Shown here: positions 12,186 to 23,451 of the stretch, one piece after another | How the letters are laid out: every line of letters starts with the position of its first letter | Numbering within the stretch: the first letter of the stretch is position 1 | Assembly (NCBI GenBank): GCA_030167865.1 | Contig: JALAGF010006100.1 | Span: 1 to 59,514 of the forward strand | Direction of reading: 5' to 3' | Origin: Craspedostauros australis | Taxonomy: Eukaryota | DNA: 59,514 nt | The notes under the pieces: generated by a model | Told to the model about the DNA's origin: nothing | The model's input: only the letters and a program-made list of their open reading frames with translations | The model's database searches: none | Program-made: the position numbers and the translations under genes

Positions 12186-13448
12186 ATGAGCTCCGATGCA
12201 TTCCTTCATCTTGACATGGTCGGAGGGAACGTGGTTGAAGTCAGCGATGATACTCCCAAGCAAGCGCCCGCGTTGGAATCAGATCTCTTTCCAGATCTCT
12301 TCCAGGATGTTGGCGATCCAGTACCGCAGGAGAAGGGGCAGACCGCGGAAGCTGGGCCAGGGGCTTCGGCTACGGTCTCTGCGTCGACACAGGTGGAGAC
12401 GGCGGGAGTCGGCAGCGCGCAACAGACAGGGCCTCCACCGCAGCGTAGCCAAGATGCCATGCTTCGCGAAATGATCCACCAAGATGCTCGTGACTTCAGC
12501 AAACGGCCCTCATCACAACGCAAACAACCGGAGAGTCCCTTTCCTGACATACCTGGTTCCCTCGCATCCGCTCCAAACGATCATATCCAAAGCACGGTGC
12601 CCATGCCAACAAGTGGCGTTTGCGTCCAACCAACATCGCGAGAGCAAGACCAAAAACAGGTCGGGCCCGTTCCTCAGCCTGACGTTTTGCAGCGGCCGCA
12701 AAAGACTGCCTTGTTGATCATCGAGATCCAGAAGTACTGCTGCGACGACAACGACACAACACAGTACTATCGCACCCAGACGTTGCCCCAGATGTTCTCC
12801 AACGCGGGCAAGTTGCTGAAGGCATTCCGGCGGCATCGCGACAATGGCGTCGGTGGGCCAGCTTGCGAGATCGTGTTCATCATGTTGCGGTCCATGGTTC
12901 ACGATGCTCGAGATGTACGGATGCGGTCCAAAAGTGAAAAATCCGGATCCAAGGGCAGCAACAGCATCCCCACACCGTCCACACCGGACAATGAACTGTT
13001 CATGCCTGGTTTTGAACCGCAGCTGAAGTTGGGACACGGTGATGTGATGATCCCCACAACAACGCGTGACGCCTTCGTATCGACCAATCTGGACTACGTG
13101 CTGCGCAGTCTTTGCATCACGCAGCTGGTGATCTGCGGCCAGCTGATCGATCAGTCTGTGGAAAGTACCATGCGGCATGCAGCGGATTTGGGATACCGCG
13201 TTTCGGCCGTCCACGATGCCTGCGCTGCATCGTGCGGAGAGCATCATGCAGGATGCATCGATCGTCTGACGGCGTGGGGACGAGTGATTTCAACGCAACA
13301 AATTCTGGAGGAGTTGATGGCGATTGGCGCAACACGTCAAACAATGGGGGGAGAGATTCGCGGCGGCAAGGGTGGACTCAATGTTGGGGATCGAATACAT
13401 CGAGTGTCGCGGCAACAACGAAATAAAGAGCGCCGAGACTCTTGGTAG
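12186..13448 (+). CDS. Isochorismatase/cysteine-hydrolase family protein with substituted catalytic triad and a disordered N-terminus
   Basis: TALLIIEIQ, DAFVSTNLDYVLRSLCITQLVICGQLIDQSVESTMRHAADLGYRVSAVHDACAA matches the isochorismatase-family pattern. First in-frame ATG after the TTG-started ORF-track start is at 12186. Confidence 0.85.
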   Translation: MSSDAFLHLDMVGGNVVEVSDDTPKQAPALESDLFPDLFQDVGDPVPQEKGQTAEAGPGASATVSASTQVETAGVGSAQQTGPPPQRSQDAMLREMIHQDARDFSKRPSSQRKQPESPFPDIPGSLASAPNDHIQSTVPMPTSGVCVQPTSREQDQKQVGPVPQPDVLQRPQKTALLIIEIQKYCCDDNDTTQYYRTQTLPQMFSNAGKLLKAFRRHRDNGVGGPACEIVFIMLRSMVHDARDVRMRSKSEKSGSKGSNSIPTPSTPDNELFMPGFEPQLKLGHGDVMIPTTTRDAFVSTNLDYVLRSLCITQLVICGQLIDQSVESTMRHAADLGYRVSAVHDACAASCGEHHAGCIDRLTAWGRVISTQQILEELMAIGATRQTMGGEIRGGKGGLNVGDRIHRVSRQQRNKERRDSW

Positions 13449-14470
13449 AAATGACCGAGGTGGTTGGTTTTTGGTTGTGGTAACGTGTCGAACACGAATT
13501 GCGGGTGCTTGGGCGTCCCATTTACACCGTATCGGAGCAGCCCTTGTGCCATGGCAGGCAAGACACATTGCTCGTAGCCACAAGATCCAGTATCGACAAG
13601 AAGCCAAGGGATATGCCGCCGCATCGCATCGCCATGTGTTTCCTAGGTTTCCGAAAAGGCTCCCTCTCTAGATCACAGGTGATAGAATTGAGTGCGTGCG
13701 TTACGGCGCCATTCGATCAATGAGTACGGCGGCACAATCCGATCCCTTTTGCGAGGGACAGGAGGACGGTGTGCAAAAACATGACCACATACAAGTAGCG
13801 CAGAGTATCCTGCAGCGCATGGTAGAATGATCGAGGAATTGCCTTTCTCTGCCCTACATCCTGGCAGCAGTGTGGGTGAGTGTTTGGGAGAAATACTGAC
13901 AACCATCGTTTGCCACCAACGTCTCCCGCCCACTCTCCCCGGAGAGAGAGAGAGAGTACCAGCGTTGCTCGCATGCTGAAGATCGCCGTGAGGTTGTTGC
14001 GGTGGTGGTGTGTCGCGATAGATTCGTGGAGTTGTGCGGACTGACGCATGACTGGACCATCGCACAACGAGAAGCGAAAACCATTCCAACGATCGGGACC
14101 AAGCCAGCCGCAGCGTGGTCGAATGAGTCATTAACCGTATCCAAATGGCCGACAAACGAATCACACAGGAACAAAGGAGGCCCAAAACGACGCACACTTT
14201 AGTCACAAATCCATCATGGGAATCACTTCATGCATCAGGACGCACTTTCGCTTCGATAACAGCGAAGAAAGACACATGAGTTCTTCTCACTTTGGATCTT
14301 CGCGGGGGTTGGCTCAAAGCGGCCAACACTCTGTGGGCAGAAGTCTTTGGGTGCTGACACTGCGAACAATCGACGAACCAGCAGCACAAAAGACACATAA
14401 AATGTGATAGATCGCAGATTGGCCACAAAGCACAAGCAAACCAGGAATAGCAAACCAGCACAAGACAACC

Positions 14471-16080
14471 ATGAGCTCCGACATCATCGCAGACCAAGAA
14501 TCGGCGTACGCCACCGCCCTCGTGCGTTCCTTGAAGCAGAATGGCGTCAAGTTCCTTCGCTACTTCACCATCGACCTCCTCAACACCGTCCGTTGCAAGG
14601 TCGTGCCGCTCGATCATATCACGCGCGGGGATGGCAAGGTCGACACGCTCCAGCATCAGGTGTCCTTGGCGAACGTCTCTCACGGGGGCATGCCATCCTA
14701 TGCGGATATGATGATCTCCGGGACCGGCATCGACGCCAGAGACGTGGTCAAGATCAACCCTGATCTGTTCACGCTCAACGTCTTGCCGTACAACCCCAAG
14801 TCCGCCATCGTGCTCGGAACTTTGGAGGACCCCGTCACCAAGCAAACCAGCGGATTGTGCACGAGAGGACGCCTCATGAGGATCGTCAAGGAGGCTGCCG
14901 AGAAGCACAATGTCACTTTCGTAAGTACTGCACCGATTGCGCCATGGCGCGATTCTCCTTTGCTTCGCACCATCATGATGAGCGTATCCCCCTCATCCAA
15001 CCCAGTTCAACTCAACGCTGACGTCCTTCCCTTGCGTCCTTGCGCACATCCTCGAATCTCTTCGACCGTGCGTGTTGCTGCTCCCCCCGAACTAAATACC
15101 CTGCACTTGCGTTCCGACCACGCCATTGCCTCCCGACACTCCAACGACAGTCGGTCGGAGGCGAGCTGGAGTTCATTCTCTATCAGGCCGATGCCAAGAC
15201 GCCGATCGACAACTCCCTCTTTGCCGGCTCGACCACCTTGAACAACAAGGAGGACTACATCACAGAGCTCTACGACAGCCTCACTGCCCAGAACATCGAC
15301 GTCGAGTTGATCCATGCCGAGAGCGGACCGGGACAGTTGGAGATCGTCCTCGCATACCAGCACGATCCGGTCAAGTTCGCCGACAACATCGTCATGGCCA
15401 CCGAAACGATCCGCGCAGTTGCTGCGAAGCATTCCATGGTGCCATCCTTCCTGCCCAAGTACGATTGGATGAAGGCCGGCAGCGGAATGCACGTGCACAT
15501 GTCCATCTGCGACGCCACCACCGGCAAGCCGCTTTTCGCCGGCGACAAGAAGGGCGAGATCAGCACCCAGGGCGGCGCCTTCCTCGAAGGTATCCTGCAG
15601 CATCTGCCGGCGCTTCTGGGCGTCACGCTGCCGACCCCATTGTCCCACATGCGCGTGGGTAAGGGTTGCTGGACTGGAAGTTCCGTGACGTGGGCCGTCG
15701 AGGACAAGGAGATGCCTTTGCGCGTGTGCCGCAACTTGGCGACCCAGGAATGTGATCATTTCGAGTACAAGCTGATGGATCAGACGGCCAACATCTACAT
15801 GGCGCTGACGGCGCTGTTTGCGGCCGGTATGGAAGGTATCGACAAGAAGATGCCCCTGCGCGCGCCGCATGACTACAGCAGCGAGGACTCAAGCAAGGAC
15901 CCGCCGCTGCCATCTGGTGTCCTCGAGGCGCTTGATCTCCTGGAGAAGGACCAACTCCTGTGCGACGCAATTGGACCAAATCTGACGAAGTCCTACCTTG
16001 CCTTGCGTCGGCATGAGGCCGAGAGGTTGAAAGACAAGAAGATGGAGGAGATCGTTCAGGACATCCTCGGTTCTCTATAA
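14471..16080 (+). CDS. Glutamine synthetase type I-like ligase (FluG/NodGS/gamma-glutamylamine-synthetase-like; 2 exons, about 459 aa)
   Basis: Exon1 14471-14920; intron GTAAGT...CAG 14921-15150; exon2 15151-16080. Motifs GGELEF, HAESGPGQLEI, FLPK..GSGMHVHMSI, PLRV, HFEYKLMD.TANIY. Confidence 0.88.
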
Positions 16081-16759
16081 AGACTGAGCAGAACAGGACT
16101 GACTGGGCAAGTCCGAGTCTCTCGAGTGTGCACGACCACAATCCTTCCAGCACAGTACGCTAGGCATTTCCCGCCAGGCAAACACTTTCACATAGGTAGT
16201 ATAGCACCATGTGGACGTACACGTTAGTTATCATCGATGTTGAATGTGATGTACCGGGTACGAGTGCGGAGAGACATACTATTGTGTCGAACATGAATCC
16301 TTCGGCCTCGGGCGGTGTGCACACGGTCAGCCATACCAGAGCTGCATACCATACTGTATGTATAGTATGGTGAATGTTTGTGCCCTCCGCTCTCCCTTCG
16401 AATAGTTCTACCGAGATATGAACAGAGCAGCATCACATGCATGGTTGTGGCAATTCGTATCAATTCCAGCAGTCTCGCTACCCAACAAACAACTCGTACA
16501 ACCAGCAATTTTGCATTCAATCGAGTTGCAATGGGAGTACGAGCTACAAGTACGCAGTGGAGAAAGGTACAGTAGAGCTGATGTTTTTGTGCTGTGCTTA
16601 TTTGCCATTTCATTTGCCATCGATGGGAAACCTTTGTTCATTCTCCGGGTCCACAAGCACCCGCACATGGCCGCGGCCGAACGCAACTGCTCTTGCATCT
16701 TGACTACAACCAGCACGCAACACCCGTCCGACACATGTGGGATCTCCATTCCGCCGTGC

Positions 16760-17547
16760 CTACATTCCCAGCTTTCGCTCCATGGCGCTGTGTGGGTTCT
16801 CGCTTCTCATGTGCACCGGTCTGTTGGATGGAAGTCCCAAGAAATCTTCGAAGTGGATCTTGGTGTCGTTGCCAGACAGGATGTCGGCCATGAGGCCGCT
16901 GGATGGGAGGCCCACAACACCTCGAGTGCCTTGTTCCACGCTCAGCTTGCGCTCGGTTGCCAATCGCATTGCCAATCCGGATCCGTACAGTCTTCGCACT
17001 TCCTGCTCTCCTGCGGTTCCCAGGAATGAGTTCATGTTCGTGGCTGTGATGATGGAGACGAAGAAGAAGAAGAAGAAGAAGAAGGTGATCATGATGGTGA
17101 TGTTGGCGGATAGCACAGCATAGCATGGCATAACATAGAACATGTCCAAAGTTTTCATCCGTTCGTCCATGTGTTCGTTTCATTTCATTTCATTTCGCCA
17201 GGAACAAGCAAGAGGATGCATTGTTAGCATGAAAACAAGACGTAGCAGAGAAGGTTGGGGAAAGTTGTCAGTTCGAGTGTCTAATGCATCAAGGCACCTG
17301 ATGGCCACAGGGCATGCACGAACTCGAGAAAAGGAAAGACTGTGTCTCGGGGATTTGTTCGAAAAAGACTTGCATCTGCATCCACATCTGCATCAGCATC
17401 CGCTGCCAGGTCGATCTCACCTCGTTGCCGCTGCATGTCGTCAATTGGGTGGCGGCTCATGGCCATGTGCTCCAGATTGTCACCGTTGGGGCCACTCTCC
17501 ATCATGTTCGATGGCTTGTCCATCACGGGAATCATACCGTCCATCAT
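16760..17547 (-). CDS. UMP1: Proteasome maturation factor UMP1/POMP (2 exons, 136 aa)
   Basis: Exon1 17547-17421 (MMDG...HPIDDMQRQR); phase-1 intron GTGAGA...CAG 17420-17044 with a (TTC)n pyrimidine tract; exon2 17043-16760 RRLYGSGLAMRLATERK...LPSSGLMADILSGNDTKIHFEDFL, the UMP1 signature. Confidence 0.85.
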
Positions 17548-18336
17548 GATTGCGGTGTTGTGCGAATAGTGCGTGTAGTAGTATTAGTGCTTGGTTGGTT
17601 GGTGCTTCTGCTGTTGCCTTTGCTGTTATTCTTGCTGTTATTCTTGCTCTTGGCTGGACTGAAGTCGCGAGAGGATACGGTGGCTTCGGTTGCTGCTGAT
17701 TGCTTGATGCTTCCGTGACCTTCAGGTGTTGTGTTCTGTGGGATACATTGGTATGAGAGCAGACCACGAAGACAGGATCCGGCAGCAACAACAACAACAG
17801 ACAAAGCAGAACGGCGACGGGCGCAGACTTCGCTGGGCGTCATGGTCGATCTGTTTTCCGATCTCGGCCGAAGCGGAACGAACCAGACAGAAGCAGTCCT
17901 TACTGTTCGTTTAGTCGTATCAGTCAATCGCGTTCCAACGTTTCGCTGGAAGACCGGAAGCTTCGGAAGAACGACGAAGTCGTTCCTGTGCATTCCACGG
18001 TAGAACAGAGAAAGAACGCAGTCGCAACACATGTCGTGAACACTGCCGCACGCACCAAACTTGGATCCTTCTTGCATCGGTGTCGCTTGGCGTGGATCTT
18101 TACCGAGGGTGGAGGCGGTCCGAAAGACTGCTCGGCAGTAGCAACCACCAGTGCGCAGAGAGGCCGAGAGCTTCCCGATTGTGTCATAATACCTGCACAG
18201 ACCCCAATCTGCTCTGCATGCACAACGGCAGGGCAAATAGGTATTCCACAAGCACGCATACATCACAACGTCGAAGCTGATCGAAGTCGCCTTCAGGACC
18301 TCGTGAGCACGCTGCAAGAGTTACAAAAGCACCAAT

Positions 18337-19968
18337 ATGAACAACAATACGAGCAACAACACGAGCAACAACAACATGTGGCAATCCTTGATGACCCTGG
18401 CCATCATCGGCGGCGTTGACGCCGTCTCGTACATGATAGTGACACCATCGCTCATCTTTTACGTGCTGCAATGCGGCGGTAGCGTGGAGCAGTACGGTCT
18501 CATCCTCTCCGTCTTCTCCTTTGCGTCCTTCTTCACCAAGCCATTCTTGGGTTGGTGGATCGACGCCAACGGCAACAAGTTCCGAGCGCCTTACGCCACA
18601 TCCATCGGCACTGCCATCGTGGGTTCCTTCATCTACTTTCTGGCCAGCGCGTACCAGGACAGGACCGGCCTGGCCATTGCGCTCATCTTCATCGGTCGCT
18701 TCATGGGTGGCGTGGGAGCGGCCAACCAGGCACTGGGCTATGCTTACATTGCGGCCACGATCCCCCATGAGAAGCAGACAAGCACCAACTCCCTGCTCAG
18801 CATGGTCCGCGTTCTGGGCATGGCGGCGGGACCTGGATTCAACGTCTTCCTGCACAAGATCGACACATCCATCACCATCGGAGGCACTACGATCGCCATC
18901 GATGAGCTCAACTCCGTGGGCATCTTCCTTGTTGTCCTCAACATCATCGCCCTCCTCGTTCTTCTCGTTTTCCTGCAAGAACCGCCGGAGAAGCCAGACC
19001 ACAAGAAGGCCGCCGAAAACGCTGCTTCCACAGGTGACGGCAGCGGCCCATCGACAATGGAGATCATCAAGGCATCCCTCACTTTCGAGATCATTCTCCC
19101 CATCTTCACGCTCTTCGTCTTCAACTCCGCCTTCCAGCTCATCGAAACGGGTTTGGCACCTGCCGCGAACGATGCTCTGGGTTGGGGACCGGTGGAAACG
19201 TCCGCTATCTTGGGAGGCATGTCCGTCCTCATGGTCGGCTGCATGATCCTTGTCATGGTCCTGTCTTCCAAGCGCGTCAAGGACACGATCATCATGGGCA
19301 TCGGTTGCATGTGCTGGACCGTCGGCGGCACCATGATGTTCTTCTTGTGGAGGCGTGGTGCCAAGCCGTGGCACTTCGTGGTCCCGATGATCATCGCCGT
19401 GGCCGGTTTCCCATTCATCGCACCATCCAACCGATCCAAATTCACCAAGGCGGTCGACCGAATCCCGTTGCTCGATGGCAAGCAGGGCATGATGCAGGCC
19501 GTCCTTTCCATGTTCGCAAGCGTCGCTGGCTTTGCCACGCCAGGATTCGTCGCGGCCTACGTTCTGCGCCATCCCGAGGAAATCGACGGCAGCTCCAACC
19601 AGCGCGAACTCAACGCATCCGCCCTCTACGTCGCGATCCTGCCGGTCTTCGTGCTCATCGGGATCTTCTTCCTGGACCGCCGCGAGACCAAGCAGCGGCT
19701 GGAGAAGGAAGAATCGTTGGGAGTGACGGATGAGGCAACGCAGCTGCTGGCCGGCAGACACCACGAAGGCCGTGGTTTCACCGTCGTTGCCATGCAGCAG
19801 GACATGGACATTCGTACCGAAATGGCCCGACGTGCGAGTCTCCAGGTTGCCGGCACTGGCATTCCACTCATGATGGTTGCCTCGGAGCGGGAGAGACAGG
19901 ACAAGCTGCATGCCCAGATGAAGGAGTTTGATTGGTCGGAGTTCGTGGACGAAGATGAAGAGTCCTAA
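18337..19968 (+). CDS. Major facilitator superfamily transporter (MFSD8/CLN7-like, about 12 TM)
   Basis: 543-aa ORF with about 12 hydrophobic segments; YGLILSVFSFASF..KPFLGWWID, IGRFMGGVGAANQ..GYAYIA, LGMAAGPG. Confidence 0.82.
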   Translation: MNNNTSNNTSNNNMWQSLMTLAIIGGVDAVSYMIVTPSLIFYVLQCGGSVEQYGLILSVFSFASFFTKPFLGWWIDANGNKFRAPYATSIGTAIVGSFIYFLASAYQDRTGLAIALIFIGRFMGGVGAANQALGYAYIAATIPHEKQTSTNSLLSMVRVLGMAAGPGFNVFLHKIDTSITIGGTTIAIDELNSVGIFLVVLNIIALLVLLVFLQEPPEKPDHKKAAENAASTGDGSGPSTMEIIKASLTFEIILPIFTLFVFNSAFQLIETGLAPAANDALGWGPVETSAILGGMSVLMVGCMILVMVLSSKRVKDTIIMGIGCMCWTVGGTMMFFLWRRGAKPWHFVVPMIIAVAGFPFIAPSNRSKFTKAVDRIPLLDGKQGMMQAVLSMFASVAGFATPGFVAAYVLRHPEEIDGSSNQRELNASALYVAILPVFVLIGIFFLDRRETKQRLEKEESLGVTDEATQLLAGRHHEGRGFTVVAMQQDMDIRTEMARRASLQVAGTGIPLMMVASERERQDKLHAQMKEFDWSEFVDEDEES

Positions 19969-20445
19969 GTAGACTACTCGCACATAGAGAGAGAGAGAGA
20001 GAGAGAGGGATCGATCCAAGGTTGGAAACGATTGGATGCGTAAACAGCGTCGCTGCTGCCATCGGTCTTCCTGTCAGACTATTCGTATTCGCACCTTCAG
20101 TAATATCACAAAATACATACTCTACTCTACAACAGCCACTCTGCACCATGCCTACCATACGTATTAGTACGAGTATGAGTATCCCTTGTCCCACTCGTAC
20201 TAGTTTCTATAATTGACAAATAGAGACGTACCATATTAGTACGTGGGCGTGCAACATCAATCTTCTGCTTTACCATACGTATGGTAGCTCGTGCTTGTGA
20301 GGCAACTGATGATGGGTAATAATTTACTCTCCAGAGAGTGCTCTCTAGTTTGTTCTGCTCGTTGCTGCCCATCCAAAGCCATTACGCCCTGCTCGACCAA
20401 CCCATGTTTTCATAAAGATATGTATGGCAGGCATCGTGGCAACGG

Positions 20446-22667
20446 CTACATCATCTGATGACTGGCCGGGGCCATGCTGGTGAGATGCGCGTCGCTGCCT
20501 TCGAAGAGGGTGCTGAGCACGAAGGCCTGGCTCAGCAGCATTTCAATTTCCTTGTCGGTCCAATCCTCCGTGGGCATGTTCTGCATGAATCCGAACAGCT
20601 CATCGAATTCCATGCACTGCAACTGCCCGCTGAATTGGCACAAAAACGCCGCGCAGACATAGACGTGGAAGTCTTCGAATCCATTCTCGCTGATGTACGT
20701 GTCCCACAGACGGATGACGCAACGCAGCGGGAACTCTCGTAGCAGCAGGCAATTCATCCACTTGAAGGCGAACTGAAGGAACTGAATCCCCGTCTCTCTC
20801 AGGTACCTGCACAGATCGGCGTCTATCCTGTTGACGAGTTCCTCCAACCTCATGACCATTCGCTGGACGCCGGGTTGATCTGCTGTGTAATGATCCTGAA
20901 TGCCTGCAAGGATGTTTGTCAAGCACCAGTAGCAATCGGCTTCGATCTGAGCAGATGTGCGTGTACGTAACATGTGAGGTAACGTGTGTAGTAACGACAG
21001 TCAGCGAGCCATGACGAAATGCAAATGCACATCGGGATGGTGGAAAATGGGTCGTCGAGAGTCGTGTCGGATATTTGAGCATAGGCAAGATATTGTCGTG
21101 CCGTGCCGTGGCATGCCGTGGAGTGCACCAACGGTGCAATGCAAAGCGAGGCGATGTGTGAGAGACACTGCTTCAAGTTCTCGTCGAGTACACACTCTTA
21201 CACGCATCGCGCATAGCGACCAAGGAATACCAGGGCACCAAGCGTATCGTATCGTCTCATGCTACGCCATGCCATGAAATGCCAAGCCATGCAGGTGCCT
21301 TCGAGTACATACCTCATCGAGCTTTTCATCCGGCAGAACGACCATGATGTTGCCATCCAGCACATCCTCCCCGTCGTAAAGATCGCCCAAGAACACAGCA
21401 TAGAGCGGGGTTGCCAAATCGTTGATCCCCTGCACGTAGCTCGACGCGGGATGTCGCATCGCCCAAATATACAGCATGCGTCCCAAGGATCTCCGAATCT
21501 TCTCGTTGCGGAAGAGCGGGACTTCCGGTGCCGTACGCGGTACGTCCACCAGGACCTGTCGCAACGTCTCCTGCTCCTGCAGACTCCTGGTGTCGGCATC
21601 GATATCATAGTGCTGTGCAATGGTGTCTCTGTATTCTGCCCGTTTCCGCTGAATGACATGCTGCCGACGGCTCTCGTTGGCTGGCAAGTACCCCAGCATG
21701 AGCTTCCATGCCATCCCTCTGTGTTCTCTCTGATTCGCCGAGTGTGGGTGTAGCATTCGTGGTGCCGATGTCAATGCCGTGCATACCAAAGTGCAATGAT
21801 CAATCCCAGCACAGTGGAGCGAAGAATATCGCACCGTGGCATTGGCACGAGTTGACATGAACGACAGGGTGAGTCAGTGACCAGATGAGATGAGCGATGA
21901 GACAAAACAGGACAGCAACGCGTGATGAATTGTTTGGGTGAAAGATCAAGTGCGAAGGTACGAATGCGCAAAGACAAGAGTGAGTGACGATAAGAAGGCA
22001 AATGCGAGTGGAAGGGCAACCCTCCACAACGAGTTCCAACGTGCAGCAACGCAAAGCACACCCCAGATAGAACCAAATATCGTAGAGCATCGAAACACAA
22101 CACATTACCACACGCATTCCATGCCTGCCAACTCACCGGTATGCCATTCCACGCCAGCTTTCGCAGCTCGGACAGCTGCACGACATCGGAATGGATGACC
22201 TTCTCGTACCGCGTTTCTCTGTAACTCGGTTTGCGCTCCGCCGCAAAGTGCGGCTGCGAGAAGTCCTTGCGCGACGACCGCTGCGAATTCTCGAGGCTGC
22301 TGACAGATCCCACATCATCCGTGCTTCCCAGCTGCGAACCATCGCCAGGTGTTATGCTGCCATCCTGCGATGAGTTCTGCTTGGTGAAGTCGCGCTGTTG
22401 GGCATCATTGTCGCCGTCGTGGTCGCCGTTTCCGGCTGCCGGCTTGTCCGCAACGGGGCTGGCGACGCTGTCTGCATTCGTGGTGCTGTCCTGCGAACGC
22501 GCTCTGTCTCGTGCATCCTTGCCGCTGGTTGCGCCTGCCGCGTGCTCGTGGCCATTTGCGGCGCTCGTGGCCACCGCGGGCGATGCCGCAGCAACCTCGT
22601 CCTCGTCTTCGGAGTAATCCACGCGCAAGGTCCTGCGGATGAAGCCTGGCAGGCCTTTCGTCGTCAT
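20446..22667 (-). CDS. TBC-domain Rab GTPase-activating protein (TBC1D22/Gyp1-like; 3 exons, about 482 aa)
   Basis: Exons 22667-22137, 21729-21313 and 20946-20446, all GT-AG phase 0. Motifs LRKLAWNGIP, AWKLMLGYLP, DVPRT (Arg finger), YVQGINDL (Gln finger), EADCYWCL, FAFKWMNCLLLREF, RLWDTY. Confidence 0.92.
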
Positions 22668-23324
22668 GGTCGGGTCGTCCAGTCTGTGCTTGCTCTGCTT
22701 ATACTTGCTTGTTTGGGGTTGATCGCCGTGAGATGGAGTCAGTCTCGAAGGCGCAGATTGAAGGGTGAGCGCTATCAACAGCAGCTGCGCTCAATGCGGT
22801 GGTTGCGTCCAGTGTAATGGTGGAAAGGATTGGGAAGTGGAGGATCAACTCCAATCAGCTGCGACGCAGGTGTGGGGGGAATACAGGGAGTGTAACCGTT
22901 GTGCTTTGATCCTCTCCTTCTTGGTCTGCTTGTTTTGTTTTGCTTTGTCTTGTTCTGCCTGTTTGTGTACGTGATTTGCCTGACACCATTGTTGAGACGT
23001 TCTTCTTCTCCTTCTGTTGGTTGTTCTGGCGGTGCCGTGTTGGGTCATTTCCGTTGTCTTCTTGTTTGATTCATGTGATCAACTCAAGTACATACCGGTA
23101 ACCAAGCAAACGAAGCAAGTTCAGTGAAGTCAGCTGGGCGGAGCGGAACACGTCATGTATGGTACCATACGAACTCCACCAAGTTTGCCACCAACAAAGT
23201 CCAACGAAAAGTAGTAATACTTTGAAATTGGGAGAAACATTGAGATGTCTACACCCTCCTGTTCTAATTTATTTTTTACGTTTGATCCTTCTCGCCATCA
23301 ATGTTGCGAAATGAGCAGAGAACG

Positions 23325-23399
23325 CCATTCCATTCCATTCCATTCCACTCCACTCCACTCCACTCCACTCCACTCCACTCCCCTCGACTCGACTCGACA
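23325..23399. repeat. Compound pentanucleotide microsatellite (CATTC)n-(CACTC)n-(GACTC)n
   Basis: Visible 5-bp tandem array with stepwise unit drift, downstream of the SWIM gene. Confidence 0.85.
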
Positions 23400-23451
23400 C
23401 TATGTGCCCTGCCACACTTGCACATGCAATCTCGTTTCGTTCCATCCCCAA

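Noticed and set aside
18184..20019. 611-aa antisense ORF over the MFS gene (similarly 42500-44062, 50185-50967, 57330-58829, 28527-29291, 39093-39920)
   Set aside because: These are shadow ORFs expected from the strong C-ending codon bias of the sense genes; they have no recognisable motifs.
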